Of a stretch of DNA of 64,000 bases, positions 54,346 through 62,295 are shown piece by piece. The stretch covers positions 1,655 through 65,654 of the forward strand of contig CAIJZX010000014.1 in NCBI GenBank assembly GCA_903825245.1, read 5' to 3'. Each line of letters begins with the position of its first letter. Position 1 is the first letter of the stretch. The notes under the pieces were generated by a model. That model saw only the letters and a list, made by a program, of their open reading frames with translations, had not been told where the DNA came from and did not search any database. Made by a program: the position numbers and the translations under genes. This stretch comes from Candidatus Kerfeldbacteria bacterium. Its GTDB lineage: Bacteria > Patescibacteriota > Patescibacteriia > SBBC01 > CAIJZX01.

Positions 54346-55085
54346 GTTTTTCGAACAAATACATCCTCCGTAATTCCTAGCTTCTTTACTAACATCCGAG
54401 CCTTCTTCTCCCCGCCGACATACTCAAACACTTTTTGTACATTGCGATCAAACCGCCAATGTTCTAATGTTGATAATCGTTTCACGAGTAACGGGATGTC
54501 TTTCTTATTCGGCGGTTGAAAACCGATCGACATAAAGCGCAAACAGGCAAACAACGTGGCCGGGTGGCCTAAGTAGCCAACCTTTGTTAACCGTAGCTGC
54601 CGTTTTTTCAGATCCTGCTGTGCACCGGGCAAAGCAATAACGTACGGCGAAACGCGCTTCGCAAGATAGTTTTCCAGCGGGATAGCAAAACCGTTGATCG
54701 TGAACGCGGCGTTCTTCAGCAGATTGCGTTGCACGCTTTTATCTGTGCTAGCGTGGATATCCAACACGAAATAATCACGAATCGATTGTGGGTCCGTGAT
54801 GCGCTTCTTTTTTAAGACCAATTGGTTTTTTCTCCGAATTTTTCCAAACACAAATCCGCTTTTTCGTAAGGCGGCAACATACGTCTTGAAATCACCTATT
54901 ACCAGCAAATCGTAATCTCGTTGCGGCAACGCCTTATGAAATAATTCAAAATATAATGCATTGCGTATTGCTCCGCCAATAACATACACGCTTGTTCCTT
55001 TTGGAATAGCCGAAATAATCTCCTGTAAAAAATCAGTGGTCTTGCCCGACCTGGTAAATTTTCTAGCGTTACTACTTTTGTTCAT
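54342..55085 (-). CDS. Pol-beta-superfamily nucleotidyltransferase, CCA-adding/poly(A)-polymerase head-domain-like (minimal, ~247 aa)
   Basis: VYVIGGAIRNALY plus RDYDLLVIGD matches the GGxVRD...DxD head motif of tRNA nucleotidyltransferases. The ATG at 55083-55085 forms an ATGA overlap with the Mur ligase stop. The longest ORF start is 55127. Confidence 0.55.
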   Translation of the reverse strand: MNKSSNARKFTRSGKTTDFLQEIISAIPKGTSVYVIGGAIRNALYFELFHKALPQRDYDLLVIGDFKTYVAALRKSGFVFGKIRRKNQLVLKKKRITDPQSIRDYFVLDIHASTDKSVQRNLLKNAAFTINGFAIPLENYLAKRVSPYVIALPGAQQDLKKRQLRLTKVGYLGHPATLFACLRFMSIGFQPPNKKDIPLLVKRLSTLEHWRFDRNVQKVFEYVGGEKKARMLVKKLGITEDVFVRKT

Positions 55086-56404
55086 GAACCGCGTAAGAAG
55101 TTTGTTACCGTCTGTGCATCGTTCCACTCCACCTGTTTCCCCTTGACCATCATCGATGTTTCCGAGCCCATGCCCGTTACCGCCACGACGTCGCCGGATT
55201 GAGCAATGTTCGTGGCTTTCTTAATTGCTTCGCCGCGATCGAGGATGATTTCGACTTTGTGCTTATCGGCATCCGGCACGCCAGCCGCGATTGCCGCGGC
55301 AATCGCGGCTGGATCCTCATCATACGGATCGTCGGCGGTCAGGATTATTTTGTCGCAGTACTGCGCAGCAATCCTACCAAGTTCCGGTCGTTTCCAGAGG
55401 TCGCGTCCGCCGCCAGCCGCACCGAAGACGCCGATAATTCTTTTTACGCCTTGCTGTTGCAATGATCGATACAGGTGCTCTAACGCGTTTGGTGTTAAAG
55501 CATAATCAACAACCGCCTTCCATCCTTTGCCGGAATCAATTACTTCACCACGACCAGGAATCGGTTGCGCTTTCGCTAATCCGGAAATAATCACCGGCCA
55601 TTCGAGTCCAAGTACTAATCCGACGGCAATGGCTTGCAGGGCATTTTGCACGTTGTACTCGCCGGCCATCGGCAAACTGATGTTGTGGCCGTTGACGACG
55701 AACAGCGATCCAGTAGCGCCACTATCTATCGATGTCGGCGCAATCACCACGGCTTTTTCCTGGCGAACGGCGACCGGCGGATGCGGTTGAAGACTCGTAC
55801 CATAATGCGCTTCCGCCCAAAATTTCAAGAAATATTCGTGCGCCGGGTCATCAAGATTCACAACCGTTGCCTTCGGAATTGCTTTACCGTTCACATTTTT
55901 ATCACCGCCGCGAATTATCGCCTGAAACAGTTGACCTTTCGCTTTTTTGTACACTTCGAATGATCCGTGCGATTCAATGTGCTCCGGCGTCAGATTGGTA
56001 ATGACGGCCACATCAATATCAATACCGGCGTGGCGGTACTGCGCTAACCCTTCTGACGACATTTCGATCACCGCGTACTGACAGCCGGCGGTTACCATCC
56101 GGCGCAGCAGTATCTGCAACGCAAAGCGCCCCGGCATCGTCAGGTGCGTTTCATTGAGCCAGCGCTCCTGGGCAACTTGAAAAACCGCCGATGTTGAAAG
56201 GCCGACCTTAGCGCCGCTGGCGCCCAGTACGTCGGCAATCAACGAAGCCGTAGTTGTTTTTCCGTCCGTACCAGTCACACCAATAACGACCAAATGGCGT
56301 GATGGTCGCCCAAACCACAGGTTAGCGATGATGCTGACTAGGTGATGGTAGTGTTGCCGCGCCGCAGTCGGAGCGAAGCGTTTCAAACGACCAAAAAGCG
56401 TCAT
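55082..56404 (-). CDS. Mur ligase family protein, probably MurE (UDP-MurNAc-tripeptide synthetase)
   Basis: ATP-binding loop VIGVTGTDGKTTTASL and a C-terminal TADDPYDEDP, which resembles the MurE DNPR-type motif. 440 aa. Confidence 0.75.
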   Translation of the reverse strand: MTLFGRLKRFAPTAARQHYHHLVSIIANLWFGRPSRHLVVIGVTGTDGKTTTASLIADVLGASGAKVGLSTSAVFQVAQERWLNETHLTMPGRFALQILLRRMVTAGCQYAVIEMSSEGLAQYRHAGIDIDVAVITNLTPEHIESHGSFEVYKKAKGQLFQAIIRGGDKNVNGKAIPKATVVNLDDPAHEYFLKFWAEAHYGTSLQPHPPVAVRQEKAVVIAPTSIDSGATGSLFVVNGHNISLPMAGEYNVQNALQAIAVGLVLGLEWPVIISGLAKAQPIPGRGEVIDSGKGWKAVVDYALTPNALEHLYRSLQQQGVKRIIGVFGAAGGGRDLWKRPELGRIAAQYCDKIILTADDPYDEDPAAIAAAIAAGVPDADKHKVEIILDRGEAIKKATNIAQSGDVVAVTGMGSETSMMVKGKQVEWNDAQTVTNFLRGS

Positions 56405-56408
56405 AATA

Positions 56409-56663
56409 TTAAGCCAGCGACTCCGGCGTTACCTCCTGAACCTCGCTTAGTTCGATGGTAAACGAAAAATCTTTATTGCGGGTGATATGGTATTGCTGTT
56501 CCTGAAAGACAAACGTGGCGAGTCCGAACCGTTTGGCATTATAAAATAATCCCTCAACCACATCGTGATCCGAGTTCTTTAAATAATTAATGACATCCTT
56601 ATCACCAATGACCTGATGAACGTTGATAAGCTCGTGCCGTCTTTTGTCCCGTTCGAGTGCCAT
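56409..56663 (-). CDS. Hypothetical small protein (a weak call)
   Basis: An ORF with an internal ATG start (MALERDKRRHELINVHQ...) and no recognisable motif. Confidence 0.3.
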   Translation of the reverse strand: MALERDKRRHELINVHQVIGDKDVINYLKNSDHDVVEGLFYNAKRFGLATFVFQEQQYHITRNKDFSFTIELSEVQEVTPESLA

Positions 56664-56719
56664 AATACTCGTATGGTACCAAAAAATGCCCGCGCTGGCC
56701 AGCCGCACCAGGCAGCGGA

Positions 56720-56953
56720 TTATAGCGCTGAACGATGCTCGTCGCTATAGCGAACAAGTGTTAGCGTATGATCTGATTGCCGATGTAACATATACATCTT
56801 GCCGTCCAATGTGACTAACGACTGTCCGTTGTTCTGTGCCTCAGTCGCGTGGCGGCGAATTTCTTCCGGCGGCATTCGGCGAAGCATTTTCGCCTGATCA
56901 GGATGCGCCACGACGACAAATCCGTAAATGATGTGGCGTTTAGAGCCAGCCAT
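56720..56953 (-). CDS. Hypothetical small protein, translationally coupled to the upstream ORF
   Basis: MAGSKRHIIYGFVVVAHPDQAKM... The ATG overlaps the upstream stop (ATGGCTGGCTCTAA). Confidence 0.35.
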   Translation of the reverse strand: MAGSKRHIIYGFVVVAHPDQAKMLRRMPPEEIRRHATEAQNNGQSLVTLDGKMYMLHRQSDHTLTLVRYSDEHRSAL

Positions 56954-57185
56954 GGGAAGCATTAGTGGCCACGACGACGAAGGCGCCATTCTCGCCGTCG
57001 GTTAAAGTAAACTTCCGGTGATCTTTGTCTTCAAATTCAACTTCCTTTTCTGATTCCGCCTGTTTGAATAATTCCAACACCTCGTCTTCGCTCATTTCAT
57101 AGGCTAAGTGCTTCACGCCATGAAAAGCGCGATCGTCATCGCAGGTGACGCGATGGCCATGAATCGTAAGGATGTGGTTGCCCAT
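56940..57185 (-). CDS. Hypothetical acidic small protein
   Basis: MGNHILTIHGHRVTCDDDRAFHGVKHLAYEMSEDEVLELFKQAESEKEVEFEDKDHRKF... Confidence 0.35.
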   Translation of the reverse strand: MGNHILTIHGHRVTCDDDRAFHGVKHLAYEMSEDEVLELFKQAESEKEVEFEDKDHRKFTLTDGENGAFVVVATNASHGWL

Positions 57186-57531
57186 AGTTTTCGTAGGTTA
57201 ATACCTACTGGCAGTGTACCACCATTAGCAATAAAACGCACAAAAATAAGAGCCGTTGATGTGATCGCGGGCAAGGGGGTGTAAGTAGTGGTGGAGAGGG
57301 AGCGGTGAGGCAAAGGGTTGAAATCGGGTTGATTTCGGAACTCACTTTGCTTTACGCATCGACCTGTCCTTACTTACATCAGAAGTATAAACCCATGATC
57401 GTGTTCTGTCAAGGAGTGTTTTTAAAGGGAAAAATATATCTTTTATCAGATACATATATTCCCTGAAATAGTTATCCCCACAACCAAATTTCCCTACAGG
57501 GTCAGGCTATCGTTCGACGTTGCAAGGGGTT

Positions 57532-58077
57532 TTATTTACTCATAGCCAATAACCGCCGGTACACCTCGACCTCGTACCGAGCCCCGACAATCCCCCGATG
57601 CGGTTTCGGTTCTTCTTCGAGACCAAGATGTTTTCCGACGCTCGACAACGACAATTTCGTAATTGCGCCCTTTCGAAAATCTTCCAATAGCACATGGCGC
57701 GCCATAGTCATTAAATCAAACCAATGATAGTCGCCTGACCACGTCAATGCGTGCGCTTGGTAATAGTCGGACAACCATTTGAATTCAAATGCGACGTTGT
57801 ACGCCCACGGACTACACCCGGCACAAAACGTATTGAGTTTTGTAAGTGCCTCCTGAACGGGCACGGCGTCACGCCATTCATTAAACGTAAATCCGGTGTA
57901 CCGATGATACGATAGTTCTTCTTCCGATCGTTGCTTCGGATTACTCACAAAAAATTTCTGATTGAGTTCGTCGATAATACTGCCGTCGATCGGGTTTATT
58001 TTCACTACTCCAGTTTCGCAAATTTCTCCGCCTTCGGCCAGACTGTCGCCGGTTGTTTCAATGTCGATAAACACCAT
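57532..58077 (-). CDS. DEDDh 3'-5' exonuclease (DnaQ/epsilon-like)
   Basis: Exo I motif MVFIDIETTG with Exo II and III regions downstream. The longest ORF start is 58131. Confidence 0.7.
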   Translation of the reverse strand: MVFIDIETTGDSLAEGGEICETGVVKINPIDGSIIDELNQKFFVSNPKQRSEEELSYHRYTGFTFNEWRDAVPVQEALTKLNTFCAGCSPWAYNVAFEFKWLSDYYQAHALTWSGDYHWFDLMTMARHVLLEDFRKGAITKLSLSSVGKHLGLEEEPKPHRGIVGARYEVEVYRRLLAMSK

Positions 58078-58136
58078 CGGCAACGAAAAGAATCCTTCTG
58101 TGCCATTACTGCGATTCGGCGACATGCCCATAATCG

Positions 58137-58844
58137 TTATTTCTGTACCGTCGAGAGCGCTGCCTCAATCTTCGGAATGTCGGTTGGTGCAGTCAGGTCG
58201 AGCCATCGATCTTGAAGGTCAACCACGTCTAATTGTTCTCGTGCGGCCACAATATTTATAGCGTCAGTGATTTCAAATTCTCCGCGTGGTGAAGGCTGAA
58301 GTTTTTCGATGATCGGAAAAATGGCCGGCGTGAATTGGTAAAGGCTGGCATTAATGTGATCACCGACAAACTCCGCCGGCTTTTCGATAATCCGATCCAA
58401 CGTGCCATCGGGTTTCTGTTTGAGAATGCCCATTCCCTGCCATTGCGGCGTTCGGTAACCGCCGATTTTCATGTGGCCGGTATATTGCGCCATATTCTTC
58501 AGATCATTCGCGCTATACAAATTATCACCAGCGATAACCACAAACGGTTTGTCGTTGACCGCGATTTTTACATTCTCCACCGCCGCCGCCGTACCATAGC
58601 GTTCATGGTATCGTTGTTGAATAACCAAACGAATGTCCGGAACCGTGTTATAGCATTCAAAGGCTTCACTGTGGTGGCCGATCAGAATGATGATATCGGT
58701 AAACCCGGCCGTGCGGAGACGCTCAATCGTATAATCTAAAAATGGCCGACCAAGCACCGGCAATAAATGCTTGGGCTTATCTTTCGTTAAATCTTTCATT
58801 CTTGAGCCGCGCCCGGCGGCCATGATAACAACGGTAGTAACCAT
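58137..58844 (-). CDS. Sugar-phosphate nucleotidyltransferase (NTP_transferase family)
   Basis: N-terminal MAAGRGSRM (G-x-G-x-R-x signature) and a VIAGDNLY region. The longest start (58877) would overlap tRNA-Arg, so the ATG at 58844 was chosen. Confidence 0.75.
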   Translation of the reverse strand: MVTTVVIMAAGRGSRMKDLTKDKPKHLLPVLGRPFLDYTIERLRTAGFTDIIILIGHHSEAFECYNTVPDIRLVIQQRYHERYGTAAAVENVKIAVNDKPFVVIAGDNLYSANDLKNMAQYTGHMKIGGYRTPQWQGMGILKQKPDGTLDRIIEKPAEFVGDHINASLYQFTPAIFPIIEKLQPSPRGEFEITDAINIVAAREQLDVVDLQDRWLDLTAPTDIPKIEAALSTVQK

Positions 58845-58868
58845 TGGTGAGGAAATAGTGATAGTGTT

Positions 58869-58943
58869 CCGTAACAAGTGGTGCCCCCCAGAGGAATCGA
58901 ACCTCTATTGCGAGATCCGGAATCTCGTGTCCTATCCGTTGAA
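58869..58943 (-). tRNA. tRNA-Arg (anticodon CCG), 75 nt including the encoded CCA
   Basis: Reverse-strand fold: acceptor GCCTCCC/GGGGGGC (one G-U pair), D arm GTTC-AACGGATA-GGAC, anticodon stem CGAGA/TCTCG with loop TTCCGGA, T arm AGAGG-TTCGATT-CCTCT, then ACCA. Confidence 0.85.
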
Positions 58944-58994
58944 CGAGGGAGGCCTCATCTGCTGTGGAACGGTAGTAGCCTAGCAGGTGTGACC

Positions 58995-60002
58995 TTAAGC
59001 ATCAACCCCGCCGCGAAAACGCTTAGCTAGGCGATAGGTGTGATACCACTGCGGTTGGAGAACGGCGTTCAGAGCTGGCGGAAAAACAACCTCACGCCCA
59101 TTAAACCCGCGCTTAAATCGTGTCACGCCCGCCCACTTGTGTTCCGATGCATTATCTGGAGCAATCCCCCAGAGATCATAATCGTGAACGCCTTTCTCGT
59201 GAGCGCGTTGAATCGTCCGCCATTGCACCAGGTATGGAATCATCATTTCTTTACGGGCATCATCTGAACCGCCGTGCAGGTACGTTGCGGTCTGTCCATG
59301 CCAAAACACCATGTGCGCCACGTGTGCTTGCCCGTCAACTTCGCCAATAGCAAATTCGGCCATCCCTGCACGATGCATGAAGGAAAAAAGTTTTTGATAA
59401 TACTGATCCGAGTGTAGTCGAATGCTTTGGCGCTTGGCGGTGATATGCATCAATCGTAAAAATTCCTGGACATCCTTGTCCGATGAACCCCAGCGCACCA
59501 CTACATTCTTTTTTTCCGCTAACCGAATATTATATCGCGTTTTTTGGTGGACACCGGCTAATATCTCGTCAGATGTTCGCGACGTATCAATGACTAATGT
59601 TTGCCGCGGTTGGAGTGTTGTGCCCTGAATATACCCTTCAACAAAACCATCGACATCAAAAGAAAAAGTATACAAACCGAGATCCGCCTTGACGTACATC
59701 GCATTCGATGTCCGACCAAGTTTCTTTATTTCTTCAAGCAGCATCGTCAACGCTTCCGGCGTCGCCGCCAACGGTCCGCGCGGACAGTACAGGTATGTTT
59801 TTCCCAACATCAGTTCGTGTTCAACCACGAGCGCGCAACCAACAAGCGCGTCGCCCTCAAATACCCCCAGTCGCCAAATTGGCCGGCCAATGGATTCTTG
59901 AAAATCTCCCCACGCCCACGACTGTAAAAATGGTTGGAGTGGTTGGCGATTAATAAACTCCGCCAGTTGTTGTTGATTATCCAGTGGCCGTATGATCATC
60001 AT
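58995..60002 (-). CDS. FemAB-family peptidoglycan interpeptide-bridge aminoacyltransferase (FemX-like)
   Basis: Architecture and motifs resemble FemX/FemA: WAWGDF, YCPRGP, YLHGGS and YDLWGI. The ATG at 60002 abuts the ruvA stop. Confidence 0.7.
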   Translation of the reverse strand: MMIIRPLDNQQQLAEFINRQPLQPFLQSWAWGDFQESIGRPIWRLGVFEGDALVGCALVVEHELMLGKTYLYCPRGPLAATPEALTMLLEEIKKLGRTSNAMYVKADLGLYTFSFDVDGFVEGYIQGTTLQPRQTLVIDTSRTSDEILAGVHQKTRYNIRLAEKKNVVVRWGSSDKDVQEFLRLMHITAKRQSIRLHSDQYYQKLFSFMHRAGMAEFAIGEVDGQAHVAHMVFWHGQTATYLHGGSDDARKEMMIPYLVQWRTIQRAHEKGVHDYDLWGIAPDNASEHKWAGVTRFKRGFNGREVVFPPALNAVLQPQWYHTYRLAKRFRGGVDA

Positions 60003-60003
60003 G

Positions 60004-60561
60004 TTACGAACTAACGTGCTTGAGTGCTTGTTTGACGCGTTGTGGTATCGGCAACTCCGGCGAAGTGGCGTTCGCCGCTTCACGGGCTTCCTTGGCGGTA
60101 TACCCGAGATTTTCTAAGGCGCCGATGACCGTAGCCATAGCACTATCGGTAATTTCAACCTCGCGTACCAGCTTACCCTTGAGATCAACAATAATCCGTT
60201 GTGCTGTTTTTGTGCCGACGCCGGATACCTTCGTTAATACACTGGCTTGACCTTGCTCTATCGCTGCTTCAATATCAGCCACCGATGCCGCCGACAACAC
60301 ACCAAGCGCAACACGAGGACCAACCCCTGAGACGGTCAGGAGTTTTTCAAACATCCGTTGCTCTTGCGCTTCAGCAAAGCCGTAAAGTTCCAGCGCGTCT
60401 TCGCGGACATGCAAGTGTGTCATCAGTGTAGCATCACTACCGAGCGGAAATCGATCAAAAATCCGCGGCAAAACAAACACCCGAAATCCGATACCATGGA
60501 CATCAATCGTTATGGATCGCTCATCTCGCGCCGTAACTCGACCGGCAAGCGATGCTAACAC
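60004..60561 (-). CDS. ruvA: Holliday junction branch-migration protein RuvA
   Basis: An OB-fold N-terminus, a central HhH pair (LLTVSGVGPRVALGVL...LTKVSGVGTKTAQRIIV) and a C-terminal RuvB-binding domain. 185 aa. Confidence 0.88.
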   Translation of the reverse strand: MLASLAGRVTARDERSITIDVHGIGFRVFVLPRIFDRFPLGSDATLMTHLHVREDALELYGFAEAQEQRMFEKLLTVSGVGPRVALGVLSAASVADIEAAIEQGQASVLTKVSGVGTKTAQRIIVDLKGKLVREVEITDSAMATVIGALENLGYTAKEAREAANATSPELPIPQRVKQALKHVSS

Positions 60562-60563
60562 AG

Positions 60564-62201
60564 TTATGTGCTCCCCAACCGCAGACCGTTTGTTACCGTC
60601 AACGGGTAGACACTATAATTTTGAATTCGTACAAACGCCTTTTTCAATGCATTGTACCGGAATACGAAGAGATTCGGCGCACCTTTTTGGTACGTACCGG
60701 TAATAATTTCGACTAGGCCATCGCGATTCAGGTCAAGCGCTGTCAGTGACACCCCATTACGGTAGGCGGTTGATGTTGGCAGGAAGTGCGCCTGCTGTTT
60801 ACCGTTGATGTCGAAGATTTTTATATCCGAGTAGTAGTTCGGGCCACCGACGACCACAATCGAAGCTCGACCCGTGCCGAAAATATCACCAACTGTAAGT
60901 GTCATGCCGCTGGTAAATTGAATCGGGTATGGAGTAAACCGGCGCAAGACGCTAAGTTTATTGTCTGTACCAAATTTCACAATACTGACTGATCGGGCAT
61001 TGGCACGCGCCGTTACAACCATCTCCGCTCGACCGTCACTATCTAAATCACCAGCCGCCACCGTGAAACCTTGGCGGGATGTACGATCATAGACAAAGAG
61101 TTGTGCAAGTTGAGTGAACTTCTTCGTCGTAGTGGAGTACTTCCAAACCCGAAGTTGGGCTGAGGATTTTGCCGGTATTGTCAACAACTCATCGATTCCG
61201 TCTCCGTCCACGTCACCAGTCGCTACCGCTACACCCGTTTTTGACTCCGTTGGATATGGATTGAAGCTCGCCACTAATTTTCCACCCGTGGTAAACACTT
61301 TTACTAGTGGATTCGTACCGGCGCCAGTCCCAGCAATCACATCAGCCACATGATCACCTGTTATATCACCAGACGCAACATTTACCCCATTTCGGTCTTT
61401 CTTATCAAAGGCGAGAATTTCCTTCGTCACTTTCTTTTTTGTCGGATCTATAACGCGAACCAATGGTAAGTTTCCTGGCGCCAGTCCAGCGACAATGACA
61501 TTATTGATAACCTGCACCGGTTCCCCGCCAATTCCTGCCGTGCCACCTGTTACTGGCGTCCCGGGATCTGGTGCCGGTACGACCGGCATGGTACACGACT
61601 GTGTCGTTACCGGCTGATCAAGACCGGATGGGCAGCCATTCGTTGAACTACAGGTTCGATTGGTTTGGCCATCCGTACAAACCGTCCACGCTGAACAGGT
61701 ATAGACTGGCAGACAAGCGGCTACTACCGTGGTTGTTGTTTTCGTGGCTACATTGGATAGCGCTGAAACATTCCCCGCCGCATCACTTGTTTTCAAGGCA
61801 AAGAAGTAAGTCGTTGCCGGTTGCAAACCGGTAATGTCAAACGACTCGGTCGTTCCGGCCATCGACGGCGTTGGTGCCCCAGCGGCCGGTGTCGCTGATG
61901 CAAAATTCACATCGGTTATCGGTGTTGTAGAATACCGAATATCATAACTCGCTGCTTGTCCAACATTCCCATCATCTCCCGGGGCTGTCCAGGTCAACGT
62001 TACTGCGGTAGCTGTTGACGCGACCGAGGCTTCATGAACCGTCCCCGGCACGAATAAAAAGCTTGCTCCTGGGCTCACAAACAGGGCCGTTCCAAGCGCC
62101 AGTGAGGTTAAGCCTAAAGAAACCGCCAGCAAACCAATAGAGACACGATAGACGGTGCTTGTTTGCTGTTCAGTGCTAATGTCGGTGCGACGAGGTTTCA
62201 T
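60564..62201 (-). CDS. Cell-surface protein with an FN3 domain and FG-GAP/VCBS-like repeats (beta-propeller)
   Basis: Signal/anchor, an FN3-like segment (YDIRYSTTPIT), and repeated calcium-binding-like loops GDVDGDGIDEL, GDLDSDGRAEMVV and LDLNRDGLVEI. Confidence 0.65.
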   Translation of the reverse strand: MKPRRTDISTEQQTSTVYRVSIGLLAVSLGLTSLALGTALFVSPGASFLFVPGTVHEASVASTATAVTLTWTAPGDDGNVGQAASYDIRYSTTPITDVNFASATPAAGAPTPSMAGTTESFDITGLQPATTYFFALKTSDAAGNVSALSNVATKTTTTVVAACLPVYTCSAWTVCTDGQTNRTCSSTNGCPSGLDQPVTTQSCTMPVVPAPDPGTPVTGGTAGIGGEPVQVINNVIVAGLAPGNLPLVRVIDPTKKKVTKEILAFDKKDRNGVNVASGDITGDHVADVIAGTGAGTNPLVKVFTTGGKLVASFNPYPTESKTGVAVATGDVDGDGIDELLTIPAKSSAQLRVWKYSTTTKKFTQLAQLFVYDRTSRQGFTVAAGDLDSDGRAEMVVTARANARSVSIVKFGTDNKLSVLRRFTPYPIQFTSGMTLTVGDIFGTGRASIVVVGGPNYYSDIKIFDINGKQQAHFLPTSTAYRNGVSLTALDLNRDGLVEIITGTYQKGAPNLFVFRYNALKKAFVRIQNYSVYPLTVTNGLRLGST

Positions 62202-62295
62202 GGAAATTTACATCTTCAGCATACTGAATTTTACTAGAAAAGGGAAGGGGTTGTCCATAGTCGCAATTGAGACGGTATGATAGGCTGTTATCACT

